The notes under the pieces: generated by a model | The model's database searches: none | What the model was told of the DNA's origin: nothing | Seen by the model: only the letters and a program-made list of their open reading frames with translations | From: an uncultured Verrucomicrobiae bacterium | GTDB taxonomy: Bacteria > Verrucomicrobiota > Verrucomicrobiia > Chthoniobacterales > UBA10450 | Direction of reading: 5' to 3' | Assembly (NCBI GenBank): GCA_963840135.1 | Contig: CAWIXX010000017.1 | Location: 263,691 to 327,690 of the forward strand | DNA length: 64,000 bases | Translations under genes and position numbers: made by a program | Shown here: piece by piece, positions 36,647-46,219 of the stretch | How positions within the stretch are numbered: the first letter of the stretch is position 1 | Layout: the number at the start of each line of letters is the position of its first letter

Positions 36647-36895
36647 GCTAACCTCCTTCTCCGCAATTAGAGATTCCCTACACGATTGACTTTACAGCCT
36701 CTGTCAAGACGCTTTGGACGATGCGCACACGAGAACGCGCATTCCATAGGGACATGTGCGCCACGCGGGTTTTGATAAACATCGTTTTTCGCCTCTCCCT
36801 TCGCGAAGGGAGACGGTACGGTGAGGGCTCGTAGTCACGCTATGGTGGAAACCCCTCACCTCGATCCTCTCCCCTACAAGGGGAGAGGCGGATCA

Positions 36896-38452
36896 ATGTT
36901 CGCATATTTGAGGTATCTCCCGAAAACTTTCTCCTCAGCATGGCGTTTCTACCGCGTCCATGGCACCACGCTTGTGATTGCAATATGGATATTCGCAGTG
37001 GCGGTGCGGCTAATTTTGATCGATCAGCCCTACGTCGATGACTGGAGCTGGAGGCAGAGCGATGTCGCGGCGATTGCGCGCAACTTTTTCGAAGGGGCTT
37101 TTCGTTTCGGATACCCTCAGATCGACTGGGCTGCCAACTCAGCCGGCTACGTGGGAACAGAGTTTCCCATTCTGCCATTCCTTGCGGCGATCTGTTACAA
37201 ATTCGCCGGCATTCACGAATGGATGGGGCGCAGCCAGTCCGTGATTTTCTTCGCTATTTCGCTCCCATTCTTCTTTTTGCTGGTGCGCGAGATCTTCGAC
37301 AGCACAACTGCGATTTGGGCCACGTTTTTCTACGCTTTTGCGCCGCTGAACATCTTTGCCGGCCGCTCCTTCATGCCGGATGTGCCATCGCTTGGCCTGG
37401 GAATCATCGGATTGTATTTTTTTCTGCGTTGGCTTCGCGATCCAAAGCCAGCGTCGTTTTATCTGTCTGCGATTGCGATTTCCTTGTCGATCCTGATCAA
37501 GGCCACGAGCCTCGTCATCGCGGCGCCGCTTTTGTATTTGGCTGTAGCCGAGGGTGCCGACCACGGCCCTGATCAACCTCGTCACGTCCGGGGCAGCCGC
37601 AGTCAACACCAGCGGCTACATCTGCTGGCTTTTGCTGCAATTGCGCTCCTACCCTCGGTCGCATGGTATTGGCACGCGCATCAAATCGCCGAGAGATATT
37701 ATCCCCATCATTTCTTTGGCGCCGGTGGAGTTCGGCTGGAAAGTTTTTCGTGGTACTGGGACATCGCGCAACAGACTGCGACGTCGAGCCTCACACCTCT
37801 TCTGGCGATTATGGCGCTCATCGGTCTGTTCGTCGCGCCGCGCGGAAAATATGGCTGCCTTTTTGATTGGTGGCTGGTTGCCATGGTTCTGTTCGTTGCG
37901 GCCGTTGGCTACGGCAATCGCCATCCATGGTACCAGTTGCCTTTCGTGCCAATTGCTGCCGCATTTGCCGGCGCTGCGTGCGCTTTTTTTGGATCGAAAA
38001 TTTCTTCGCGCGTTGCAGCCGTGACCTCGTCAATCTTGCTTACAGGTTCGTTTGCAATTCTGGCCTTCTTTTACGTGCGACCGCTTTACGAATCATCAGC
38101 CGCACAACTTCGCGATGCTGGTCTGGAATTAAACAAGCTTACGGCGAGCGATGCATTGATTGTCGCCGTGGACGGTGGCAATCCAACCATATTCTATTAT
38201 GCGAAGCGCAAAGGCTGGCATTTTCTCGAGCAAAGGGGGATTTACGACGGCAATCCTAAGAATAGCCAGCAAGCGATTGCCGATCTTGAGAGACTGCGTC
38301 GCCAGGGCGCAACGCATTTTGTTTTTACCACGCCCAGGTTTTGGTGGTTGGAATCATATCCCGAGCTAACACAGCATCTCAACGAAACCGCAACGCCGCT
38401 TGAGACGACTCCAGAATTCAAAATCTATAAACTCACCTCTGGTCCAAAGTGA
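36896..38452 (+). CDS. Polytopic membrane glycosyltransferase (ArnT/PMT-like, GT39/GT83-type)
   Basis: About 518 aa from ATG 36896 with more than 10 TM helices. First-loop acidic motif (IDQPYVDDWSWRQSD) and a soluble C-terminal domain. The ORF-track start at 36821 lies in a hairpin repeat. Confidence 0.6.
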   Translation: MFAYLRYLPKTFSSAWRFYRVHGTTLVIAIWIFAVAVRLILIDQPYVDDWSWRQSDVAAIARNFFEGAFRFGYPQIDWAANSAGYVGTEFPILPFLAAICYKFAGIHEWMGRSQSVIFFAISLPFFFLLVREIFDSTTAIWATFFYAFAPLNIFAGRSFMPDVPSLGLGIIGLYFFLRWLRDPKPASFYLSAIAISLSILIKATSLVIAAPLLYLAVAEGADHGPDQPRHVRGSRSQHQRLHLLAFAAIALLPSVAWYWHAHQIAERYYPHHFFGAGGVRLESFSWYWDIAQQTATSSLTPLLAIMALIGLFVAPRGKYGCLFDWWLVAMVLFVAAVGYGNRHPWYQLPFVPIAAAFAGAACAFFGSKISSRVAAVTSSILLTGSFAILAFFYVRPLYESSAAQLRDAGLELNKLTASDALIVAVDGGNPTIFYYAKRKGWHFLEQRGIYDGNPKNSQQAIADLERLRRQGATHFVFTTPRFWWLESYPELTQHLNETATPLETTPEFKIYKLTSGPK

Positions 38453-38477
38453 CAATGCATCACGTTTCCGAAATTCA

Positions 38478-38515
38478 GAGATTCCTCGACTTCGCTTCGC
38501 TGCGCTCGGAATGAC
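38478..38515. repeat. Family A solo terminal arm
   Basis: GAGATTCCTCGACTTCGCTTCGCTGCGCTCGGAATGAC. The permease ATG (38511) lies inside it. Confidence 0.65.
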
Positions 38516-39839
38516 AACAGCGACTAAGCCTCGCCGCCAGCTTGGGTTGTTCGATGCCACCATGATTGTCATGGGCGGCATCGTTGGCGCGGGAATTTTC
38601 GCTAATCCGTCCGAGGTGGCGCACCGCGTTCACACGCCGTTACTAATCCTTGGCGTTTGGGTACTGGGCGGCATTTTTGCGATGTGCGGTGCGTTTATCT
38701 GGGCTGAACTGGCCACTCGTTTGCCCGCCGCGGCGGGCGGGCAATATGTCTATCTTCGCGACGCATACCATCCTGCGGTGGCGTTTGTGTACGGATGGGG
38801 ACTGCTTCTGGTGACGCAGACCGGCGGCATGGCCGCGGTAGCTGTGATATTCGCATCCTACTTTCGTGCGCTAACGGGAGTAGGTTGGAATGATAGCGCA
38901 ATCGCAGCCGCGGTGCTGCTTGTACTAACTGGCATTAACTGTTTTGGCGCGCGCGCCGGCAGCAATGTGCAAAGCGTTTTTATGTTGTTAAGAATCGCAG
39001 CGATCGCGGGGCTTGTGATACTTGGGTTTTCGCTTGGCGGCAGTTCCCTCAAATCCGATCCGCGGCTAGCCCCTCCGTTTTCTTTTGGAGTTTTGGCAAG
39101 CATTGGGTCCGCGATGGTTCCCATTGCGTTTGCCTATGGAGGATGGCAGACCGCGACTTTTGTTGCAGGTGAAATGCGCGACGCGCGCCGTGATTTATCG
39201 CGTGGACTGCTAATGGGCGTGGCTGGCGTTGTGATCCTTTACCTTGCCGTCAATTTCGTGTGCCTGCGAGTGCTCGGTCCAGCCGGTCTGGATGCAACGA
39301 CGACCCCGGCGTCGGACGTAATGCGGGCGGCGCTCGGCCCACGCGGCGCGCAATGGATTGCCGCCGGTATCGCGATCTCGACGCTAGGTTTCCTAAGCCA
39401 AAGCATGTTAACGGGTCCGCGGGTGTACTACGCGATGGCGCGGGACGGACTTTTCTTCGCAAGTGTCGGCAGGCTCTCGCAACGCTCGCGAGCGCCAGTA
39501 GTCGCGATCATGCTTCAGGGTCTGGCGGCAATCGCCATCGCTTGTTCCGGGACATATGGTCAAATCTTGAACTTTGAAGTGACCGTCGATTTCATTTTTT
39601 TCGCGATGACAGCGGCGTCGCTGTTCGTTTTGCGCCGCCGTCAGATCGGATCAGACACGGTTATCTATCGTGTGCCCGGCCATCCGTTCACGACGATTCT
39701 TTTTGTTTTGTCCTGTGTTGGAATTGTCGGAAGCGCTATCGTCGCTTCACCGCCGAATAGCGCAATCGCGTTGGGTATCATGCTGGCCGCGCTTCCGGTT
39801 TACTACTATTGGAGGAAGTTCAGACGAGCAGATTCATGA
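38511..39839 (+). CDS. APC-family amino acid permease
   Basis: MTTATKPRRQLGLFDATMIVMGGIVGAGIF, 12 TM helices. ATG 38511 lies within a repeat terminus. Confidence 0.85.
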   Translation: MTTATKPRRQLGLFDATMIVMGGIVGAGIFANPSEVAHRVHTPLLILGVWVLGGIFAMCGAFIWAELATRLPAAAGGQYVYLRDAYHPAVAFVYGWGLLLVTQTGGMAAVAVIFASYFRALTGVGWNDSAIAAAVLLVLTGINCFGARAGSNVQSVFMLLRIAAIAGLVILGFSLGGSSLKSDPRLAPPFSFGVLASIGSAMVPIAFAYGGWQTATFVAGEMRDARRDLSRGLLMGVAGVVILYLAVNFVCLRVLGPAGLDATTTPASDVMRAALGPRGAQWIAAGIAISTLGFLSQSMLTGPRVYYAMARDGLFFASVGRLSQRSRAPVVAIMLQGLAAIAIACSGTYGQILNFEVTVDFIFFAMTAASLFVLRRRQIGSDTVIYRVPGHPFTTILFVLSCVGIVGSAIVASPPNSAIALGIMLAALPVYYYWRKFRRADS

Positions 39840-40912
39840 CACACAAGCATTCCGACTACATGCATTGGTCCAAGACGCAAAGCCGCGCGCCGGTTCAACC
39901 TCGCAACGAGTGGAGTGGCGCCGTTTCCGCTCCGCGAACTGCCAGTCCAGTTGGAGACACTCGAAATCAATGGTTACGACACGGCTACGGTCATCCGCCT
40001 TTACAAAAGGCCATCGCCGCTCATCACGGTGTCGATCCCGACTGCGTTGTGGAATCCGCGGGAACTTCCATGGCAAATCATCTGGCCATGGCTGCGATTA
40101 TCGAACCGGGCGACGAAGTCTTAATTGAGCATCCAGCGTACGGACCCATTCTCGATGTCGCTCGATATCTTCGCGCGAACGTGAAACGGTTTTCGCGCAT
40201 CAAGGAAATCGGCTGGGCCGTCGATCCGCAAGCGATTCTTAATTGCATTACGCCGAAGACGCGACTCATCGTGATCACGAATCTGCATAATCCGACGAGC
40301 GCGCTTACGCCGAATTCAGTTCTACGTGAAATCGGCGAGATCGCGCGCAGCGTTGGAGCGCTCGTTCTGGTGGACGAAGTTTATCTAGATGCGGTTTACG
40401 AGCGGACGCCACGCACGTCTTTCCGTCTCGGGCCAGAGTTCGTAGTGACCAGCAGTTTGACGAAGGTTTACGGCGTCAGCGGACTGCGCTGCGGCTGGAT
40501 CCTTGCGCGCCCGGACCTCGCCTGGAAGATGCGCCGCCTGAATGATCTCTACAGCGCAACCCCAGTGTACCCGGGGCTACTTCTCGCCGTCGCCGTGTTT
40601 AAGCACTTGAATCGGCTTCGCGAAAAAGCGCGCCGGATCGTGAATGCGGACCGCAAATTGCTTCGAGAGTTTCTCGTACAGCAATCCGCGCTTTCTGCGG
40701 TCACGACGGATTGGGGCACGACGTCGTTCGTGCAATTACGCGATGGGAACGCCGATGACTTCCTGGAACGGCTGCGCGCAGAGTTCGAGACCTCAGCAGT
40801 TCCTGGCCGTTTTTTCGAAATGCCTGACCATTTTCGCATTGGCATGGGCGTGAACACGGAAATGTTCGCCGAGGGGCTTGATCGCATTAGCCGCGCGCTT
40901 GGAGACCACTGA
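39836..40912 (+). CDS. Class I/II PLP-dependent aminotransferase; contains an apparently compensated double frameshift at 39890-39983
   Basis: GTSMANHLAMAAIIEPGDEVLIEHPAY, LVDEVYLD and SSLTKVYGVSGLRCGW (Lys). ATGA overlap with the permease stop. An N-terminal stretch of about 31 codons looks out of frame. Confidence 0.8.
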   Translation: MTHKHSDYMHWSKTQSRAPVQPRNEWSGAVSAPRTASPVGDTRNQWLRHGYGHPPLQKAIAAHHGVDPDCVVESAGTSMANHLAMAAIIEPGDEVLIEHPAYGPILDVARYLRANVKRFSRIKEIGWAVDPQAILNCITPKTRLIVITNLHNPTSALTPNSVLREIGEIARSVGALVLVDEVYLDAVYERTPRTSFRLGPEFVVTSSLTKVYGVSGLRCGWILARPDLAWKMRRLNDLYSATPVYPGLLLAVAVFKHLNRLREKARRIVNADRKLLREFLVQQSALSAVTTDWGTTSFVQLRDGNADDFLERLRAEFETSAVPGRFFEMPDHFRIGMGVNTEMFAEGLDRISRALGDH

Positions 40913-40913
40913 A

Positions 40914-41423
40914 ATGAAGAGACCTAACCAATTCGAGATTCGCCCTGCACACGTCGAAGATGTGCCAAACATTCTGCAATTGATTCGCGATCTGGCGACC
41001 TACGAGCGCGCGCCAAACGAGGTGACCGCGACAGAGGAGCAACTTGTCGATGTTTTGTTCGGGGAACGACCGGCGGCGGAAGTTCTTCTCGCGTTTGAAG
41101 GACAATCGCCGGTTGGGTTCGCGGTTTTCTTTTATAATTTTTCCACCTGGCTTGGGCGGCCCGGACTTTACCTCGAAGACTTGTTCGTGAAGCCGGACAA
41201 GCGCGGCAAAGGCTATGGACGCGCATTGCTGGTCGAGCTAGCGAAGATCGCGCGAGATCGAGAGTGCGGCCGGATGGAATGGGCGGTGCTCGATTGGAAC
41301 GAACCGGCAATCAAGTTTTATCGCGCGCTCGGCGCCAAGGCAATGGACGAATGGACGGTGTTTCGATTAACTAGTGATGGGATTGCGAGACTAGCAGACT
41401 CGGGGCGAGTCGACCAAGAGTAG
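40914..41423 (+). CDS. GNAT-family N-acetyltransferase (diamine acetyltransferase-like)
   Basis: 169 aa from ATG 40914. IRPAHVEDVPNILQLIRDLATYERAP and acetyl-CoA motif RGKGYGRALL. Confidence 0.8.
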   Translation: MKRPNQFEIRPAHVEDVPNILQLIRDLATYERAPNEVTATEEQLVDVLFGERPAAEVLLAFEGQSPVGFAVFFYNFSTWLGRPGLYLEDLFVKPDKRGKGYGRALLVELAKIARDRECGRMEWAVLDWNEPAIKFYRALGAKAMDEWTVFRLTSDGIARLADSGRVDQE

Positions 41424-41448
41424 CAGCAGGAACAAGACCAGGAGCCAA

Positions 41449-43254
41449 GTGGCGCAAGAAAGGACAAGGATCGAGGACTATGCGTTTCTTAGCGATACGC
41501 AAACCGCCGCTTTGGTCAGCCGAGACGGATGCGTTGACTGGCTTTGTCTTCCGCGGTTCGATTCGCCTGCGTGTTTCGCGTCGCTATTGGGCGAGACAAA
41601 GAACGGGCATTGGCGATTTTTCCCAGAAGAAGAAGTCCTAGAAACCCGTCGCCGCTACCGTGGCGACTCGCTGATCCTCGAAACGGAAATCGAAACCAAG
41701 AGCGGCGCCGTGCGCCTCATCGATTTCATGCCGCCACGTGGCGAGAACCCGGACATCATCCGGATAGTGGAAGGATTGCGCGGCAAGGTCTCGATGCAGA
41801 TGGAACTCGTCATCCGGTTTGATTACGGGCAGATCGTGCCGTGGGTGCGGAGACGTAAGCGTTTTGAGGGACTGGAAGCAATCGCGGGTCCTGATGGGTT
41901 GATCCTACGAACGCCAATTGAAACGCGAGGTAAAGACTTGACCACGGTTGCGGAGTTTACAGTCAGCGAAGGTGAGCAGATTCCATTCGTGCTCACATGG
42001 TTCGCTTCACACAAGAATCCGCCAAGGCCAATCCATTACGAGCATGCTTTGCGTGACACAGAGAGGTATTGGCGAGAATGGTGTAGTCAATTTCAAGGCC
42101 GGGGGAAATGGCGCGACGCGGTGATGCGCTCGCTTACCGTGCTCAAAGGATTGACCTACGCGCCAACAGGCGGCCTGGTCGCGGCGGCTACGACATCCTT
42201 ACCTGAACAGATAGGAGGATCGCGCAACTGGGACTACCGCTATTGCTGGTTGCGCGACGCCGCGTTCGCTTTGGTCTCGCTGCTGCTTCACGGTTATCGC
42301 GAGGAGGCTAAAGGCTGGCGCGAGTGGCTACTTCGAGCGATTGCTGGCAGTCCTGCGCAGATGCAAATCATGTACGGCATTCGTGGCGAGCGCCGGCTCA
42401 CTGAAGTCGAAATTCCCTGGCTCTCAGGCTACGAGAAGTCTGTGCCTGTACGCATCGGCAACGCTGCTTCAACGCAATTTCAGCTCGATGTCTATGGCGA
42501 GGTTCTGGCGACGATGTTTCAGGCCGACCACGCGGGAATCAAAATGGAGGAAGCAGATTGGCATCTGATGGTCCAGTTAATGAAATTCCTGGAATCAAAC
42601 TGGCAGAAACCGGATGAAGGGATTTGGGAGGTGCGCGGCGGTCGAAAAAATTTCACGCACTCGAAAATGATGGCGTGGGTGGCGTTCGATTGCGCTGTGA
42701 AACTTGTTGAAGAATGCGGATGCGCGGCGGGCGAGCATCATGCTCGCTGGCGAAAAGTTAGAGAGCAAATTCACGCAGAGGTTTGCGAGCGCGGTTACAA
42801 CTCAGAGAGAAAGGCGTTCACCCAGTTTTACGGTTCCGATGCGCTGGATGCCAGCCTGCTAACGATGCCGCTCGTTGGCTTTCTGCCTGCAACAGACGAA
42901 CGTGTCCGCAATACCGTCGAGGCCATCGAACGCGAGCTGGTGGAAGATGGCTTGGTCTTGCGTTATCGGCCGCAGGAATGCGGCGTGGACGGATTACCGG
43001 GACGTGAAGGTGTTTTTCTCCCATGTTCCTTCTGGTTGGTTGCTTGCTGGCACCTCCTCGGTCGAAAGAAAGAAGCGCGCGAATTGTTCCAGCGTTTGCT
43101 TGATGTGCGAAACGACCTGGGGCTTCTCTCCGAGGAGTACGATCCTCGCGAGAAACGACAGCTGGGAAATTTTCCACAGGCATTTTCCCACGTTGCGCTC
43201 CTTGGTGCCGCGCGAATCCTTGATGACGAACAGGAAACTGCGACGTCGATATGA
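41449..43254 (+). CDS. Glycoside hydrolase family 15 (glucoamylase/trehalase-like)
   Basis: 601 aa with a GTG start. IEDYAFLSDTQTAALVSRDGCVDWLCLPRFDSPACFASLLG, NWDYRYCWLRDA and FPQAFSHVALL. Confidence 0.85.
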   Translation: MAQERTRIEDYAFLSDTQTAALVSRDGCVDWLCLPRFDSPACFASLLGETKNGHWRFFPEEEVLETRRRYRGDSLILETEIETKSGAVRLIDFMPPRGENPDIIRIVEGLRGKVSMQMELVIRFDYGQIVPWVRRRKRFEGLEAIAGPDGLILRTPIETRGKDLTTVAEFTVSEGEQIPFVLTWFASHKNPPRPIHYEHALRDTERYWREWCSQFQGRGKWRDAVMRSLTVLKGLTYAPTGGLVAAATTSLPEQIGGSRNWDYRYCWLRDAAFALVSLLLHGYREEAKGWREWLLRAIAGSPAQMQIMYGIRGERRLTEVEIPWLSGYEKSVPVRIGNAASTQFQLDVYGEVLATMFQADHAGIKMEEADWHLMVQLMKFLESNWQKPDEGIWEVRGGRKNFTHSKMMAWVAFDCAVKLVEECGCAAGEHHARWRKVREQIHAEVCERGYNSERKAFTQFYGSDALDASLLTMPLVGFLPATDERVRNTVEAIERELVEDGLVLRYRPQECGVDGLPGREGVFLPCSFWLVACWHLLGRKKEARELFQRLLDVRNDLGLLSEEYDPREKRQLGNFPQAFSHVALLGAARILDDEQETATSI

Positions 43255-43298
43255 TCCCAGGGAGTGGCGGTTCTCCTTGAGCGTAGAGAGGCGCCGCT

Positions 43299-43375
43299 GT
43301 AGCCACGGCCCTGTGGGCCGTCTTCTTGGTGTGAAAAGCACCGCACGGGTCGACCGGCCATAGGCCGGTGGCTAC
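43299..43375. repeat. Family C-related REPIN-like inverted doublet
   Basis: GTAGCCACGGCCCTGTGGGCC ... GGCCATAGGCCGGTGGCTAC, between the convergent GH15 and CNNM genes. Confidence 0.75.
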
Positions 43376-43392
43376 AACACTTTTGAAATTGT

Positions 43393-44355
43393 TTAAGCCC
43401 GGGTCTCGCTTGAAGAAACGAGCCACCGAACCAAATCCTCAATTGTTACAATCCCGCAAAAATTTTTCCTTCGGTCAAGGACAGCAGCAAGGCCGAGTCG
43501 CGCAGCGCGCAATTGTTGTACAACCCGATGGGCGGACTCGTCCTCATTAGTTGTTACGATGCGCCGGATATAATTGGCCAGCGGCTTGCTTCCATCCTGG
43601 TCAAGCAGGATATCGAGGACATTAATCAATCCGACAGGTTTCCCTCCACGTGTGATCACAGGCAGACGATCCAGGCCGGAAGAGGCGCTGAGTTCCACTG
43701 CTTCCTGAGTTGACGCGCTCGACGGTAACGCGACCACTTTCGCCGAAGGCAGCATTACGTCGCGCACTTTGACGCCGCTGAAATCCACCACGTTATGAAT
43801 CATCGCGCGCTCTGTAGCAGTGAGGGAGCCCTCGAGCTCGCTTTGTGCGGTGATCTGTTTCAGGTCCTCGCGCCCCGCAAAAAGACGAGCGCGTTTGGCG
43901 GCGCGACTCGGCAGGATCAGCTTGCCCACCCGTGCCCCGAGTTCGAGTAATGGTGAGAACAGGAGCGATGCGAATTCGAGTATGCCGGCAAGCCGAGCGA
44001 GCGCACGAAATGGAAATCGCCTGAAAAGAGATTTCGGGAGAACAGAAAGCAGAAACAAATAGACCGGAAGCGCGATCGCCAGAGAGAGAAAGTAGCCGGC
44101 GTAGCCCCATGACCGGACTAACTCGCGCGTCAACAGGAACAAACCGAGTATATCGGCCGCGTTCGTGATCAGTAGAACGGTCAGCAGCAATCGCTCCGGG
44201 TGTTTCAACAAGCGATTCAATCGCACGGCTGCCGGCACGCGCCGCTTCACATTTTGTCGCAATCGAATTGGGTCGATTGAAAGCAGGCCGCTTTCAATCC
44301 CGTTGAAGAAGAAGGAGACAATCCAGCAACAAAAAATGATTAAGCCAATTATCAT
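43393..44355 (-). CDS. CNNM-family (DUF21 + CBS pair) membrane protein, lacking the CorC_HlyC C-terminal domain
   Basis: 320 aa. DUF21 TM region followed by CBS-pair-like sequence. Confidence 0.7.
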   Translation of the reverse strand: MIIGLIIFCCWIVSFFFNGIESGLLSIDPIRLRQNVKRRVPAAVRLNRLLKHPERLLLTVLLITNAADILGLFLLTRELVRSWGYAGYFLSLAIALPVYLFLLSVLPKSLFRRFPFRALARLAGILEFASLLFSPLLELGARVGKLILPSRAAKRARLFAGREDLKQITAQSELEGSLTATERAMIHNVVDFSGVKVRDVMLPSAKVVALPSSASTQEAVELSASSGLDRLPVITRGGKPVGLINVLDILLDQDGSKPLANYIRRIVTTNEDESAHRVVQQLRAARLGLAAVLDRRKNFCGIVTIEDLVRWLVSSSETRA

Positions 44356-45620
44356 GCCGCGGCCCCGAAAGCTTTCGGAGTTGTTTTCTCCAGGAGAATT
44401 TCCTCAATCCTTTTGCGGCCTGAGCGGCGCACCGTGATTACAAGGCCTGGGATCTCCAATTTTGCTCCCGAGGAAGGCAAATAACCCAGTCGGGTGAATA
44501 CAAATCCACCGATCGTGTCGATTCCTTCGGCGTCGATTTGAAAACCGAGATATTCGCTTAAATCGTCCAGGCGCGCGTTACCGCTGACAAGAAATCTGCC
44601 GTTCCCGAGCGGCTCGATATAAAGAGCGACATCGTCACGTGGCACAACATCGCCAAGAATTTCTTCCACGATGTCCTCCATCGTGATAACGCCTTCGATG
44701 CCGCCGAATTCGTCGACCACGACACCCATTCCCTGAGGACGAGTCAAAAAGAGCTTGAGCAGCTCCAAGGCTCCCATGGTCTCAGAGACGAAGGAAGGAG
44801 CGATTAATTTCTCGGTGTAATGTTCTGACGGATCGAGCAGAAACAATTTCACATCGATGATCCCAAGAATTTGATCGGGCGTGTCGGCGTAGACCGGAAC
44901 CCGTCGATATCGATTCTTCTTCAGGCGCGCGATGGCTTCGTCGTTCGTCAAATCATCCGGCAGCATGAAACTGTCGACGCGCGGGGTCATGCAGTCTTTT
45001 GCGGCTTTATCGCCGAGCTTGATGATTTCCTGGATGATTTCGGCCTCGCCTTCATACAAGGCGCCTTCCTCCTCACTCATCTCGATCAGCGTCCCCAATT
45101 CCTCGTCACTTAAGCGCGCCCGAGTGCGCAGACGCGAAGGGGTGAGAAAATCGACCACGTAGGCACTGACGCTCTCGAGGCCGCGACCGATACGGTCCAG
45201 AACCGGCATTGATATCTGCAACGCAAAGGCGCCGATTGTTGAAAGTCGATAGGGGGCCGAAAGCGCCAGGAGCTTTGGGATTAGATCGCAAAGCAATACA
45301 ATGATTGCGAATATCGCAAGCGCGGCGGCCCACTGGGGAATGCGCCCCGCAAGCGGACCCTCCCACAAGAAGAAAAGGCAAAGTACGATTAACAGAACGT
45401 TCACTAACCCGTCGCCCAGCAGGACGACATTCAGGACGCGGCGTGGATTTTCCCGGAAGAATTGTACGAATTTTGTGAGCTTCTTGTGATTTGCCTCCAG
45501 GCCGCGCAATTGATGCGGCCTAAGGGAGAACAGGGCGGTTTCCACTCCGGAAAAGAGAGCGGAACAGAAAATCAAAATTGAAATGACCACCAGCAAGATG
45601 GCCAGGGCCACGGCTGTCAT
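44352..45620 (-). CDS. Hemolysin-family/CorC-type transporter-associated protein (DUF21 + CBS pair + CorC_HlyC)
   Basis: 422 aa. DUF21 TM helices and a CBS pair. C-terminal LDDLSEYLGFQIDAEGIDTIGGFVFTRLGYLPSSG. Confidence 0.8.
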   Translation of the reverse strand: MTAVALAILLVVISILIFCSALFSGVETALFSLRPHQLRGLEANHKKLTKFVQFFRENPRRVLNVVLLGDGLVNVLLIVLCLFFLWEGPLAGRIPQWAAALAIFAIIVLLCDLIPKLLALSAPYRLSTIGAFALQISMPVLDRIGRGLESVSAYVVDFLTPSRLRTRARLSDEELGTLIEMSEEEGALYEGEAEIIQEIIKLGDKAAKDCMTPRVDSFMLPDDLTNDEAIARLKKNRYRRVPVYADTPDQILGIIDVKLFLLDPSEHYTEKLIAPSFVSETMGALELLKLFLTRPQGMGVVVDEFGGIEGVITMEDIVEEILGDVVPRDDVALYIEPLGNGRFLVSGNARLDDLSEYLGFQIDAEGIDTIGGFVFTRLGYLPSSGAKLEIPGLVITVRRSGRKRIEEILLEKTTPKAFGAAA

Positions 45621-45748
45621 TTCTTATGTCGACACAGCCAGGCCGGCTGCGAGAAGTCAGCCGCGCGAGGCGAGCAGTCTTGTCCCTTCGAAAAACTGGT
45701 GCGCGCTGGTTTGCTCATTGTCTGAGCCGTGAGCAAATTAAGCTCTTC

Positions 45749-46219
45749 ATGAGCAAAGGCGAGAGGATTTCGCGGTTTGTGGCCGAAGTGGTTGTTGAAG
45801 ATGTCGATCTGAGCCGGAGGGACATCGTGAAACATCCATTTTATCGCGCGTTTTTCCATTGCTGGAATGAAAAACGTTATTACGAGGCGCATGATGTGCT
45901 CGAGCAGCTTTGGCTCAAGACCAAATCAGCCGATGCAGACTATTTCAAAGGATTGATTCAGGCGGCTGGGGCCTTTGTCCACCTTCAGAAGCGATTTGAG
46001 CACCCACTGCACGCGAAACATAGCAAGCGCTTGTCTCCCGCAGTTCGCCTGTTCCGGCTCGCTGAGAGGAACCTGTCCCGCTTCTCTCCACGACATCATG
46101 GTTTGGATGTGGCTGCGTTGTGCCGGCTGTTGCGCACATGCGCTGATCAGATCGTTGCATCCGACTACAAGACCAATCCCTGGTCGCCGGAAACCGCACC
46201 CAAACTGGAGTTGCTGTAG
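45749..46219 (+). CDS. DUF309 domain protein
   Basis: FFHCWNEKRYYEAHDVLEQLWL...YFKGLIQAAGAFVHLQK. ATG 45749 is preferred over the ORF-track start at 45626. The stop TAG lies in a GTAG repeat head. Confidence 0.65.
   Translation: MSKGERISRFVAEVVVEDVDLSRRDIVKHPFYRAFFHCWNEKRYYEAHDVLEQLWLKTKSADADYFKGLIQAAGAFVHLQKRFEHPLHAKHSKRLSPAVRLFRLAERNLSRFSPRHHGLDVAALCRLLRTCADQIVASDYKTNPWSPETAPKLELL

Noticed and set aside
36821-36895. N-terminal extensions of ORF-track calls: 36821 for the glycosyltransferase, 38400 for the permease, 10732 for pxpC, 45626 for DUF309, 14889 for the secreted protein
   Set aside because: The extensions translate repeat or hairpin sequence (for example PLPYKGRGG and CEILHFVQDD) or overlap opposite-strand genes. 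Internal ATG starts give native-looking N-termini.
42818-43442. Three overlapping minus-strand ORFs (115-202 aa) at the GH15 3' end
   Set aside because: They are antisense to a strongly supported GH15 gene and extend through REP repeats. No recognisable motifs.
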